Below, one piece after another: positions 17,964-26,614 of a stretch of DNA of 64,000 nucleotides. Every line of letters begins with the position of its first letter. Within the stretch, counting starts at the first letter, position 1. The notes under the pieces were generated by a model. That model had not been told where the DNA came from. It made no database searches and saw nothing but the letters and a program-made list of their open reading frames with translations. Location of the stretch: positions 15,999 through 79,998 of the forward strand of contig CANGGP010000006.1 of assembly GCA_947453445.1 (NCBI GenBank), read 5' to 3'. A program made the translations under genes and the position numbers. This stretch comes from Sphingobacteriaceae bacterium. Lineage in GTDB: Bacteria > Bacteroidota > Bacteroidia > B-17B0 > Aurantibacillaceae.

Positions 17964-19490
17964 ATGACGGAAAAAAAAGATTTAAAACTAACAGTCTTGT
18001 TTTATCTGTTTTTGCTCATTATAGTTGGCACCCGTGTGTTTATTTATTTCGAATACAATTTAAAAATTATTGATACCGACCAAGCGTATATGTGGTTGGG
18101 CGCTAGCGATTTTTCAAAAGGACATTTTTACGAACCCCGTTATTACGGCCAAGACTATAACACATTTATGGAAGCCTTCTTGGCCTCTTCCCTGCTTCAC
18201 TTCAAATTAAAGGTTTATCAAGTGTTGCCCATTGTTACCAATTTCCTTTCCTTGTTTCCCTTTCTTTTCATGGCCTTTTATCTGTTTCTTAAAAACAGAA
18301 AAATGCATGCCTTAATCGTGTTAAGCATACTGATATGTTTGCCCTCTCAATACGACTTAATGAATACTTTACCAAGGGGTTTTGTTTGTGGCTTATTTTT
18401 TACCTCATTTTTTATTCTAAGCATTAACGATCCACAAAATTTGTTTTTGCTATTCATGAATTCTGTAATGGCCATATTAGGCTATTATGTGAACCAAAAT
18501 TCTGTTCTGGTGAGTATCCCTTTCTTATTTTATTTATTTCTCATTCACCGAAAACACAAAACATATTATTATGTAAGCGGCACAGCATTATTAACGGCCT
18601 ATCCCATCGACCTCTTCTTCAATGCTTTCTACAGAGCTCATCCCGAATACGTTTGTCAATCAACCTTCAATTTCTTTTCACCAAAATATTTTATTCAATC
18701 GATCTGTCATCTAGACGAACGCTTTCAGCACATCAGCTTTTTCCTTCCGAACCAATGTTATTCGCTGCTTCTAAGTTTTATAATTCTAGGGATAATTTTT
18801 TATCGCCACAATAAAAAAGCCTTAATGGCATTTGGTGCTTTTTTGCTCATCATTATTTTCTCCTTCTTTGCCAGCAAAATATCCGATGGAAGCACTTGGG
18901 TATTTATGTCATACAGCCGAATGTTTTTAGGCATACCCATCCTCTTTTGTTTATTACTTTCAAGTATCCAATTTAATCCGAATAAATTCAGCAAGGTTTT
19001 CATCATTATACCTTTATTATTTTCCATCTATAAAATTTCTACTTTAAAATCTAATTTAGACAAAGAAGATATTCGTGATATTGCAAGAGGCGTAAGGGTT
19101 TTATCGATTGAGTCGGCCATTAACATGAGCCATTTTTACAAAAACCAGTGCACCAAAAACAATTGCAATTTTTTACTGGTTTCGAGCACTTTTTGGCTTA
19201 ATACCATTGTGAGTTGTGCCGGCCCGGCCCTTGACGAAACTTATCCCGAAACACAAGAAACTAGATTTGAAAAAAGATATTGGGTTAGAAATAAAAACAA
19301 AAACAGACTGATCAACACATTTGTTTTTTTATCGAGTGATTACGAGTTAGATAAAATCACGCCTAAAGAAAATGGATTCAAATTAAAACGCTTGGATGAT
19401 TACGGATTATTTTTGGTCACAAACAACCAATTGCCAATGGGTACATTCATCAATACCATCAATGCCATTGAGCCCGGATTGAATGATTAA
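17964..19490 (+). CDS. polytopic membrane protein, possibly a GT-C-type glycosyltransferase (weak)
   Basis: 508 aa with about 10 or more hydrophobic helices followed by a soluble C-terminal region of about 130 aa. No diagnostic motif recognised. Confidence 0.5.
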   Translation: MTEKKDLKLTVLFYLFLLIIVGTRVFIYFEYNLKIIDTDQAYMWLGASDFSKGHFYEPRYYGQDYNTFMEAFLASSLLHFKLKVYQVLPIVTNFLSLFPFLFMAFYLFLKNRKMHALIVLSILICLPSQYDLMNTLPRGFVCGLFFTSFFILSINDPQNLFLLFMNSVMAILGYYVNQNSVLVSIPFLFYLFLIHRKHKTYYYVSGTALLTAYPIDLFFNAFYRAHPEYVCQSTFNFFSPKYFIQSICHLDERFQHISFFLPNQCYSLLLSFIILGIIFYRHNKKALMAFGAFLLIIIFSFFASKISDGSTWVFMSYSRMFLGIPILFCLLLSSIQFNPNKFSKVFIIIPLLFSIYKISTLKSNLDKEDIRDIARGVRVLSIESAINMSHFYKNQCTKNNCNFLLVSSTFWLNTIVSCAGPALDETYPETQETRFEKRYWVRNKNKNRLINTFVFLSSDYELDKITPKENGFKLKRLDDYGLFLVTNNQLPMGTFINTINAIEPGLND

Positions 19491-19570
19491 TGAATAATTA
19501 CGCGTTATTGAAAGGGAAATTAACGCTTGATGCACGTCAATAGAAATTCAAAATCGTTGTTTTATAACGC

Positions 19571-20350
19571 TTATTTATCTTGAATCATGCGCACAATTTT
19601 TAGCACCAAACTTCTTGGTGCAAAGCGAACTGAATTTGCCATGAGATAATTCATCATGCCGTGAATGGCCACAACCTTTCCGTTCATCATTGCGCGATAA
19701 CCGTATTCAGCCACTTCTTTAGAGCTTGGTAAATTTTTATTCTTAAACAATTTACTCTCTTGTAAATCGGCAGCATCTTTAAATCCACTAATGGTAGCAC
19801 CCGGGCACAAGGCCGTTATCGTAACTCCGGTGTTGGCTATTTCGTTACTGATGGCCTCGGTTAGATGCAATACATAAGCCTTCGTAGCATAGTATACCGC
19901 CATGGTTGGTCCTGGCTGAAAAGCCGCCGCTGATGCAACATTCATGATCTTACCGTTTTTGTTTTGCACCATTTCAGGCAAATACAAACGTGTTAATTCA
20001 GTTAAAGCTACAATGTTTAATTGCATCATTTGTTGCATTTTTTCCTGACTCGACTCATGAAACAAACCAAAATCACCAAAGCCGGCATTGTTAATCAAAT
20101 AATCAACTTTTAAATTCTTAGCTTTTACATCATCATATAATGCTTTTGACGCATTGGGCTTCGACAAATCCATTTCAATGGTGCAAACCTTTATTTGATA
20201 TTGTTTTTCCAATTGTAATTTTAATTCATTCAATTTTTGAATGTTTCTGGCAACCAATATCAAATCATCGCCATGTGCTGCGTGAACAATTGCCAATTCT
20301 AAACCTATACCACTTGATGCACCTGTAATTAAAGCTGTTTTTTTCATCAT
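19571..20350 (-). CDS. SDR family oxidoreductase
   Basis: TGASSGIGLELA cofactor motif, NNAG, and YYATKAY catalytic motif. Confidence 0.9.
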   Translation of the reverse strand: MMKKTALITGASSGIGLELAIVHAAHGDDLILVARNIQKLNELKLQLEKQYQIKVCTIEMDLSKPNASKALYDDVKAKNLKVDYLINNAGFGDFGLFHESSQEKMQQMMQLNIVALTELTRLYLPEMVQNKNGKIMNVASAAAFQPGPTMAVYYATKAYVLHLTEAISNEIANTGVTITALCPGATISGFKDAADLQESKLFKNKNLPSSKEVAEYGYRAMMNGKVVAIHGMMNYLMANSVRFAPRSLVLKIVRMIQDK

Positions 20351-20405
20351 AAATCTTAACGAAGATAGAATCTTTTCATCGGTGTTTAATACGTTTTATG
20401 AAAAT

Positions 20406-21479
20406 TTAATTTTGTTTCTTTTCATACAGAAATGCCATTGGCGGCGTGTAGCGCATGAGTAGTTCAAATCCGCCATGATTTCTTGAATAAACACCAATTG
20501 GTGAGAAGCTAAAATCATAGCCTAAACCAATGGCATATTGCTCCGATTTTTCATAAATGTACTGTAATGATATGCATTGTTGACTTCTGTAAAATGCGCC
20601 CAAAGCCATGGAAGAGCGTTTATTTAAACCGGTGTATTTTGAGTTTTCACTAAAATAATAACTAATAAAACTTCCGGCGGCAAAGTAAAGCACCGTGCCT
20701 TGCAAACACACATTGAACGAAGGTGAAAACCCTACATTGGCTTTAGGCGCCAAATACACAAGCTCCCCATGCACATTAAAACGGTAATCACTGTTTTGTT
20801 TTTGAACAAAAAAACCTTGTTTCGCGGCAGCTAAATGATACATCGATAAGCCAACATTCATGCGTTTAAGGCCATACTCCCCCACCCGTTTATTGCGTTC
20901 TTGTAAGGCCCACAAAACACCGCCCGCAAAATCAGGATACACCTGATAAAAAGAATTGAAACTTTCACCCGACGACAAACTTTTATCATAGGTACTGCCA
21001 TTAAATTGATTTGAAAAAATAAGTGATTCGTTTTCAATTTGTTTTTGATACAAACCCGCTTGTATGCCGAAAGATAAAAACTGCTTGGCGCTTAAAGGCA
21101 CAAAATAAGCCACATTTAAATTTGTTTGTAAGCTACTGTATCTGCTGATGCCGGCTTTATCGTTGTATATTGAAAAACCACCTGCCAATCGACTCAGTGA
21201 GCGCTCTTTAAAAGTCATTCCCCGGTGTTTGTCAACTTGTTGCCAATTATCGGGTTTAAACTTCATGTCCAAATTCATTCCAAAAGTTTTATAAGGAAGC
21301 GTAATGTTTCGCCATTGGTCTTTATACGATATCGAAGCCCTTAATACATGGTTTGCCCCGGTTAATGCCGGATTTAATAAAGATGGATTTTCGTTGTACA
21401 TGCTGAATTGTGGATCTTGGGCCGAGCAAATACCACACATAAAAAGCAAACACAACAAATATTGTTTAATACTTCCCAT
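20406..21479 (-). CDS. PorP/SprF family type IX secretion system membrane protein
   Basis: Signal peptide, then the QDPQFSMYNENPSLLNPALTGA family signature and beta-barrel-like alternation. Confidence 0.85.
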   Translation of the reverse strand: MGSIKQYLLCLLFMCGICSAQDPQFSMYNENPSLLNPALTGANHVLRASISYKDQWRNITLPYKTFGMNLDMKFKPDNWQQVDKHRGMTFKERSLSRLAGGFSIYNDKAGISRYSSLQTNLNVAYFVPLSAKQFLSFGIQAGLYQKQIENESLIFSNQFNGSTYDKSLSSGESFNSFYQVYPDFAGGVLWALQERNKRVGEYGLKRMNVGLSMYHLAAAKQGFFVQKQNSDYRFNVHGELVYLAPKANVGFSPSFNVCLQGTVLYFAAGSFISYYFSENSKYTGLNKRSSMALGAFYRSQQCISLQYIYEKSEQYAIGLGYDFSFSPIGVYSRNHGGFELLMRYTPPMAFLYEKKQN

Positions 21480-21886
21480 TATTTAATCAAGGTGATATTA
21501 CCTGCTCTTTTAAATACTTCTCCCTCTTTGGTTTTGGCCTTTATCACAAACATGTAAATGCCATTTTCAAGCACTTGCCCTTTATAATAACCATCCCAAC
21601 AAAAATCAATGGCATACGACTCAAAAAGCAATTCGCCAAAACGATTAAATACCATCACCTCAAATTCATCTACACATTGATCCCATCCCTCCAAACAAAA
21701 ACGGTCGTTTTTACCGTCGCCATTGGGACTAAAAGCATTGGGTGTTTTTAAGGATTCAATGGTGCATGGTGGGTGATGAATGAATATGGGTGAAAAAACA
21801 GAATGAAATACGGCAAATGATTTTTGAACAAAAATCAAGCTAAAAAAAATGAAGTAAATAATTTTTCTAAATTTGAAACTAATCAT
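21479..21886 (-). CDS. minimal T9SS type-B (gliding-motility-associated) C-terminal domain protein
   Basis: Signal peptide plus PNAFSPNGDGKNDRFCLEG...VMVFNRFGELLFES...WDGYYKGQVLENGIYMFVIKA. Its stop overlaps the PorP start (TAATG). Confidence 0.8.
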   Translation of the reverse strand: MISFKFRKIIYFIFFSLIFVQKSFAVFHSVFSPIFIHHPPCTIESLKTPNAFSPNGDGKNDRFCLEGWDQCVDEFEVMVFNRFGELLFESYAIDFCWDGYYKGQVLENGIYMFVIKAKTKEGEVFKRAGNITLIK

Positions 21887-21942
21887 TCGTCAAATTATAA
21901 TGGCTTCAATCAAATATATCAATTCAAAAGAATCCTATTGAC

Positions 21943-22458
21943 ATGAATGAGGGAAAGGATAAATTATTGCTTAAAAAGAAATGTTTGCTCGAAAAATTTC
22001 CCGGCAAAGGTGGCTGGACATTTACCCGACTTCCTGAAATAGACAAGAATAAAAACAAATCATTTGGTTGGATAAAAGTGAGGGGATTTATCGATGGCAT
22101 TGAAATTCGAAAGTACCACCTCATGCCCATGGGAGACGGGCATTTGTTCCTTCCTGTGAATGCACAAATTCGCAAAAAAATAAAGAAAGAAAGCGGTGAT
22201 ACCGTTGAAGTAATTTTGTATACTGATCTTGAACCACTCGACATTCCGGAGGAGTTTTTAATGTGTTTAAAGGATGAACCTGAAGCAAACAAATTCTTCA
22301 AATCATTGAGTGAAAGTGAAAAAAAATTTTACATCCAATGGATATATTCTGCTAAAAAAACAGAAACTAAAATCAGCAGAATGGCCACCTCGATTAATAA
22401 ACTGAAGAAAAAATTAAAATTATACGCCCCCGAAAAAAATGAAACTTATGAGCAATGA
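21943..22458 (+). CDS. DUF1905 plus YdeI/OmpD-associated family protein
   Basis: GKGGWTFTRLPE...GWIKVRGFIDGIEIRKYHLMPMGDGHLFLPVNAQIRKKI and the C-terminal FYIQWIYSAKKTETKISRM. Confidence 0.7.
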   Translation: MNEGKDKLLLKKKCLLEKFPGKGGWTFTRLPEIDKNKNKSFGWIKVRGFIDGIEIRKYHLMPMGDGHLFLPVNAQIRKKIKKESGDTVEVILYTDLEPLDIPEEFLMCLKDEPEANKFFKSLSESEKKFYIQWIYSAKKTETKISRMATSINKLKKKLKLYAPEKNETYEQ

Positions 22459-22912
22459 AAAAATAATCATTTCGAAAATAGAGATCAACGCAAACACACA
22501 AAAAGTGTGGGATGTCTTAACAAATCCAAATGAAACAAAAAAATACATGTTTGGATGTGAAACTGTTTCAGACTGGAAAGTTGGCAGTGATTTGTTGTGG
22601 AACGGGGAATACCAAGGTGAAAAAATGACCTTTGTGAAAGGAAATATTATTCAACTCACCCCTGAAAAATGCTTGGTTTACAGCGTATTTGACCCCAATA
22701 ACAAAAACATGGAAGACATTCCTCAAAACTATTTGAATGTTACTTATCTTTTGGAAAAGTCAGCTTCCGGCACAGTACTAACCGTTACCCAAGGTGATTA
22801 CAATAAAGTGGCTGATGGCGAGAAGCGATATGCCGAATCGTATAATAACGGTGAAGGTTGGAATCCCATTTTAAAAGAAATAAAAAAAATTGCTGAACAC
22901 AAAGACGAATAA
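22439..22912 (+). CDS. SRPBCC (AHSA1/START-like) domain protein
   Basis: IEINANTQKVWDVLTNPNETKKYMFG...VTQGDY...GWNPILKEIKKIAE. Confidence 0.7.
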   Translation: MKLMSNEKIIISKIEINANTQKVWDVLTNPNETKKYMFGCETVSDWKVGSDLLWNGEYQGEKMTFVKGNIIQLTPEKCLVYSVFDPNNKNMEDIPQNYLNVTYLLEKSASGTVLTVTQGDYNKVADGEKRYAESYNNGEGWNPILKEIKKIAEHKDE

Positions 22913-22913
22913 A

Positions 22914-23501
22914 ATGGTCTACAGTTTAATTTTAAGCAACATTGCCAAGCATATACAGTTAACGAAAAAGGAAGAGGATCTTTTTTTGTCATTATTGGAA
23001 GAGAAGAAAATAAGAAAGAAACAATTTCTTTTGCATGAAAATGAAATCAGCAAATTCACCGCCTTTGTAAACAAGGGCTGTTTACGTTCCTATTCTATTG
23101 ATCGCAATGGCTTTGAACACATTTTACAATTAGCACCGCCAAATTGGTGGATTGCCGATTTGCACAGCTTAATCAGCAAACAACCGGCCAAATTAAATAT
23201 TGATGCATTGGAAGACAGTGAACTACTTTTACTTTACAGAGAAGATCATGAAAAACTTTTTTCGGATGTGCCCAAATTTGAAAGGTTTTTTCGAATCCTC
23301 ACCGAAAACGCCATGGCGGCAACGCACAGCCGTTTATTGGATTATATGGGACTCAACGCCCAAGAACGTTATGAAGGATTTTGCAACAGATACCCATCTC
23401 TCATGCGCAGTTTGCCGCAAAAGCAAATAGCCGCCTACATTGGCGTTACGCCTGAATTTTCAAGCAAAATGAAAGCAGATCTTTTAAGAAAGCAGAAATG
23501 A
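22914..23501 (+). CDS. Crp/Fnr family transcriptional regulator
   Basis: cNMP-binding fold (KKQFLLHENEISKFTAFVNKGCLRSY) and a C-terminal HTH (LPQKQIAAYIGVTPEFSSKM). I prefer the ATG at 22914, just after the upstream stop, to the ORF-track start at 22890. Confidence 0.8.
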   Translation: MVYSLILSNIAKHIQLTKKEEDLFLSLLEEKKIRKKQFLLHENEISKFTAFVNKGCLRSYSIDRNGFEHILQLAPPNWWIADLHSLISKQPAKLNIDALEDSELLLLYREDHEKLFSDVPKFERFFRILTENAMAATHSRLLDYMGLNAQERYEGFCNRYPSLMRSLPQKQIAAYIGVTPEFSSKMKADLLRKQK

Positions 23502-23576
23502 CTTAACGTATATTAACGCAATTTCTTAACCTAGATTATTAGTAAACCAGTGCTTCATGGTTTAATTTTGATCTGC

Positions 23577-24449
23577 ATGAATCGATTGGAATTTATTCGG
23601 AAAGGCTTTTTGGGAACAGGCATTTTTATGTCGACCACTAACCTTGCGAAAACAATTCAACCCAACATTGAAGAAATAATTCCTTTGGATGTTGTGGGAT
23701 TTAATCACTTGCCTGCATTAAAAAGTAAAATCATGGAAAACACAATTATACACAAAGCCGACACACGTGGTCATGCCAACCATGGCTGGTTAAACTCTTA
23801 TCATAGTTTTAGTTTCGCAAATTATTACAATCCTGAGCGTATGCACTTTGGCGTGTTACGTGTTTTAAATGACGATTGGGTTGATGCCGGAATGGGATTT
23901 GGCACACACCCTCATGATAACATGGAAATTATTTCAATACCGCTTGATGGTGATTTGGAACACAAAGACAGCATGGGCAATTTAGCTGTGATCAAAAACG
24001 GCGACATTCAAGTGATGAGTGCCGGCACAGGCATTACGCATAGCGAGTACAATAAAAACCAAGATAAGCCGGTGAAATTTCTTCAAATTTGGGTCTTTCC
24101 AAATAAAAGAAACGTAAAACCACGCTACGATCAAATCACCTTAAAAGCTGAAGACAGGCACAATCAATTGCAACAAATCGTTTCACCAAATCCGGATGAT
24201 GCAGGCGCTTGGATTCACCAAAACGCTTGGTTTCATTTGGGTAAGTTGGATGCCGGATATAAAACAGAATACAAATTGAAAGCCAAAGAAAACGGCGTTT
24301 ATGTTTTTGTTTTAAGCGGTGAACTTAACTTAAACAAGCAATTGCTTAATCAACGCGACGGCTTTGGAATTTGGAACATTGATAAATTGGAAATTGAAGC
24401 AAAAACCAATGCCGAAATATTAATTATGGAAGTACCTATGACTTTATAA
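23577..24449 (+). CDS. pirin family protein with an N-terminal extension (alternative starts at 23550 GTG and 23733 ATG)
   Basis: RGHANHGWLNSYHSFSFANYYNPERMHFGVLRVLNDD...GFGTHPHDNMEIISIPLDGDLEHKDSMGN. Confidence 0.85.
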   Translation: MNRLEFIRKGFLGTGIFMSTTNLAKTIQPNIEEIIPLDVVGFNHLPALKSKIMENTIIHKADTRGHANHGWLNSYHSFSFANYYNPERMHFGVLRVLNDDWVDAGMGFGTHPHDNMEIISIPLDGDLEHKDSMGNLAVIKNGDIQVMSAGTGITHSEYNKNQDKPVKFLQIWVFPNKRNVKPRYDQITLKAEDRHNQLQQIVSPNPDDAGAWIHQNAWFHLGKLDAGYKTEYKLKAKENGVYVFVLSGELNLNKQLLNQRDGFGIWNIDKLEIEAKTNAEILIMEVPMTL

Positions 24450-24524
24450 TTAAGAATTAAGAATAAGTAATAAATAATAAACAATAAGTAATAAGTAATA
24501 AGCAATAAGTAATAACCAATAAAA
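24448..24524. repeat. 11 tandem heptamers (consensus AATAAGT)
   Basis: Direct reading: aattaag aattaag aataagt aataaat aataaac aataagt aataagt aataagc aataagt aataacc aataaaa. The array fills the pirin-yceI spacer. Confidence 0.9.
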
Positions 24525-24533
24525 AAATAAAAA

Positions 24534-25067
24534 ATGAGCAAAGTAACATGGAACATGGACCCAACACACAGTGAATTGGGCTTTAAAGTAAAACACATGA
24601 TGGTAACAAACCTAAGCGGTAAGTTCACCGATTTTAGTGTGCAAGCAAGCAGCGATGATGATCAATTTTCTAATCCTGCCATTTCATTTAGTGCAAAAAT
24701 TGCTTCTGTAAACACAGGCCAAGAGCAACGCGATACGCATTTGCGTTCTCCTGAATTTTTTGATGTGGAAGCACATCCTGAAATGACATTCAAAGCTTCT
24801 AAAATGGAAAAAATAAGTGATGAAAACTACAAAATGCATGGTGATTTAACCATTAAAGGTGTTAGCAAACCGGTGCAATTAGATGTTGAATTTGGTGGTA
24901 TTGGTAAAGATCCTTGGGGAAATACCAAAGCAGGTTTTACAGTGAATGGTAAAATTAAACGCAGCGATTTTGGTTTAACTTGGAATGCACCGTTGGAAAC
25001 TGGTGGTGTTTTGGTGAGCGACGAAGTACGCATCAACAGCGAAATACAATTGGTAAAAGGCGCTTAA
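24534..25067 (+). CDS. YceI family (polyisoprenoid-binding) protein
   Basis: WNMDPTHSELGFKVKHMMVTNLSGKF...RDTHLRSPEFFDVEAHPEMTF...HGDLTIKGVSKPV. Confidence 0.85.
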   Translation: MSKVTWNMDPTHSELGFKVKHMMVTNLSGKFTDFSVQASSDDDQFSNPAISFSAKIASVNTGQEQRDTHLRSPEFFDVEAHPEMTFKASKMEKISDENYKMHGDLTIKGVSKPVQLDVEFGGIGKDPWGNTKAGFTVNGKIKRSDFGLTWNAPLETGGVLVSDEVRINSEIQLVKGA

Positions 25068-25087
25068 TAGAAAACATATATAAAATA

Positions 25088-25115
25088 GAAAATCCCGCTT
25101 ATGGTGGGATTTTCT
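25088..25115. terminator. bidirectional rho-independent terminator
   Basis: aGAAAATCCCgcttatggtGGGATTTTCtattt lies between convergent genes. Confidence 0.75.
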
Positions 25116-25129
25116 ATTTATTATACATT

Positions 25130-26557
25130 TCAAACCAATACACCTATCACACAAATATCATCTACTTGTTCGTGGTTAGTTCCTTTCCAAAGCTCAATTG
25201 TTTGATCCAAAATTTCCCTTTGTATTAATGCAGGTTTTCCCGCCATTGATAACAACACATTTTCAAATTGTTTATACCTAAATTTTTTGCCATCCGGTCC
25301 GCCAAATTGATCGGCGTATCCGTCGGTAAAAGTGTAAATCGCGTCGCCGCTTTGTAATTGTAATTGCTGCAAACTAAAAGGCTTTTGTATAACATGTTGT
25401 CCGCAGGGTTGGCGATCAGCTTTATGAATCGTTAATGCACCTTCTCTAACCATATACAAATCATTATTGGCTGAAGCAAAAGAAAGCAATTTGTTTTGTT
25501 TGTTCAGTTTACAAATACAAATATCCATGCCATCTTTGTTTTCAGTGCTTTGTCCCGACTGATTCAATGCGGCAATGATTCGCTCCCTTATGCGATTTAA
25601 AATCACTTCGGGTGAATGATACTTTTGTTGCACAATCACATCTTCTAAAAACGATAATGCCAACATGGTCATAAATCCGCCGGGTACACCATGACCTGTG
25701 CAATCGGCAGTAACATAAAATATCTCTCCTTCGGTTTCATGCACCCAATAAAAATCACCGCTCACAATGTCTTTTGGTTTGAACAGCACAAAACTATCTT
25801 TAAAACATGAATTGAATTTTTGTTCCGAAGGAAGCAAGGCGCGTTGAATATTCTTCGCATAATTAATACTGTCGGTTATTTCACGGTTCTTATGTTCTAG
25901 TGCATCTTTTTGATCTTGTATTTCTACTTTTTGCGCCAGTACTTCAATGTGTTTTTGTTCAATCAGCTTGTTCGAAAATTCAAGTTCCAAACGAATGCGA
26001 ATATCATTGTAAATTAATCGGTAACGCGAACGTATCACAAAAATGCTAAAGATGCCTACAGTAAAAGTGATGAGGGTGCCGTTGATCAAAAATTCTTCAA
26101 AGCTTAAAGGACTGTTGAAATAAAACAAAATTAAATTCACGGCTATGGTAATCGCGGCTACCATCAATGATAATTGGATTTCCCACAACACCAGCATACC
26201 AACACCAATAAATAAAACCATGTAGGCAAAGGCATGTTTCTGAAAGTGGGCCAAATCCATTAAGGTCCACATGTATGCATTTTGCACCGAAATACCCAGC
26301 ACCAAAATAAACATGCAGTAATAAATACTCATGCCAATTTTTTTTCTGAATAACAAGGCTAACGAGGCAACGACGGCAACACTAATTCTAAAAATTAAAA
26401 AGGAAAAAATGTGTTGAGGAAAAACAAAATAGTCACTGATAAACCAAAATAGGTTTAACACAATGCCTACCCATGCAGTAATCTCCTGAAATTTTTCAGT
26501 TGACTTGTCAAACTCAAGTTTAACAATGTGATCGGGGATATTAGAATGTACTTTCAA
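25130..26557 (-). CDS. membrane-anchored PP2C/SpoIIE family protein phosphatase (apparent TTG start)
   Basis: Multi-helix N-terminal membrane domain, a coiled coil, then GDFYWVHETEGEIFYVTADCTGHGVPGGFMTMLA and DGYADQFGG. Confidence 0.8.
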   Translation of the reverse strand: MKVHSNIPDHIVKLEFDKSTEKFQEITAWVGIVLNLFWFISDYFVFPQHIFSFLIFRISVAVVASLALLFRKKIGMSIYYCMFILVLGISVQNAYMWTLMDLAHFQKHAFAYMVLFIGVGMLVLWEIQLSLMVAAITIAVNLILFYFNSPLSFEEFLINGTLITFTVGIFSIFVIRSRYRLIYNDIRIRLELEFSNKLIEQKHIEVLAQKVEIQDQKDALEHKNREITDSINYAKNIQRALLPSEQKFNSCFKDSFVLFKPKDIVSGDFYWVHETEGEIFYVTADCTGHGVPGGFMTMLALSFLEDVIVQQKYHSPEVILNRIRERIIAALNQSGQSTENKDGMDICICKLNKQNKLLSFASANNDLYMVREGALTIHKADRQPCGQHVIQKPFSLQQLQLQSGDAIYTFTDGYADQFGGPDGKKFRYKQFENVLLSMAGKPALIQREILDQTIELWKGTNHEQVDDICVIGVLV

Positions 26558-26563
26558 TTTTAC

Positions 26564-26598
26564 AGAAGCATCAAAACTTGGTTTGTTTTGATGCTTCT
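26564..26598. terminator. perfect 14-bp hairpin without a clear U-tract
   Basis: AGAAGCATCAAAACttggtttGTTTTGATGCTTCT lies between two minus-strand genes. Confidence 0.45.
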
Positions 26599-26614
26599 AT
26601 AAAATTAGAAAATA

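Noticed and set aside
21924-22301. 125-aa minus-strand ORF overlapping the DUF1905/YdeI gene
   Set aside because: The plus-strand ORF has recognisable family motifs, while the minus-strand product has none.
24350-24628. 92-aa minus-strand ORF rich in Tyr/Leu/Ile spanning the heptamer array
   Set aside because: It arises from reading the AT-rich heptamer repeat in reverse, and it overlaps the ends of both the pirin and yceI genes.
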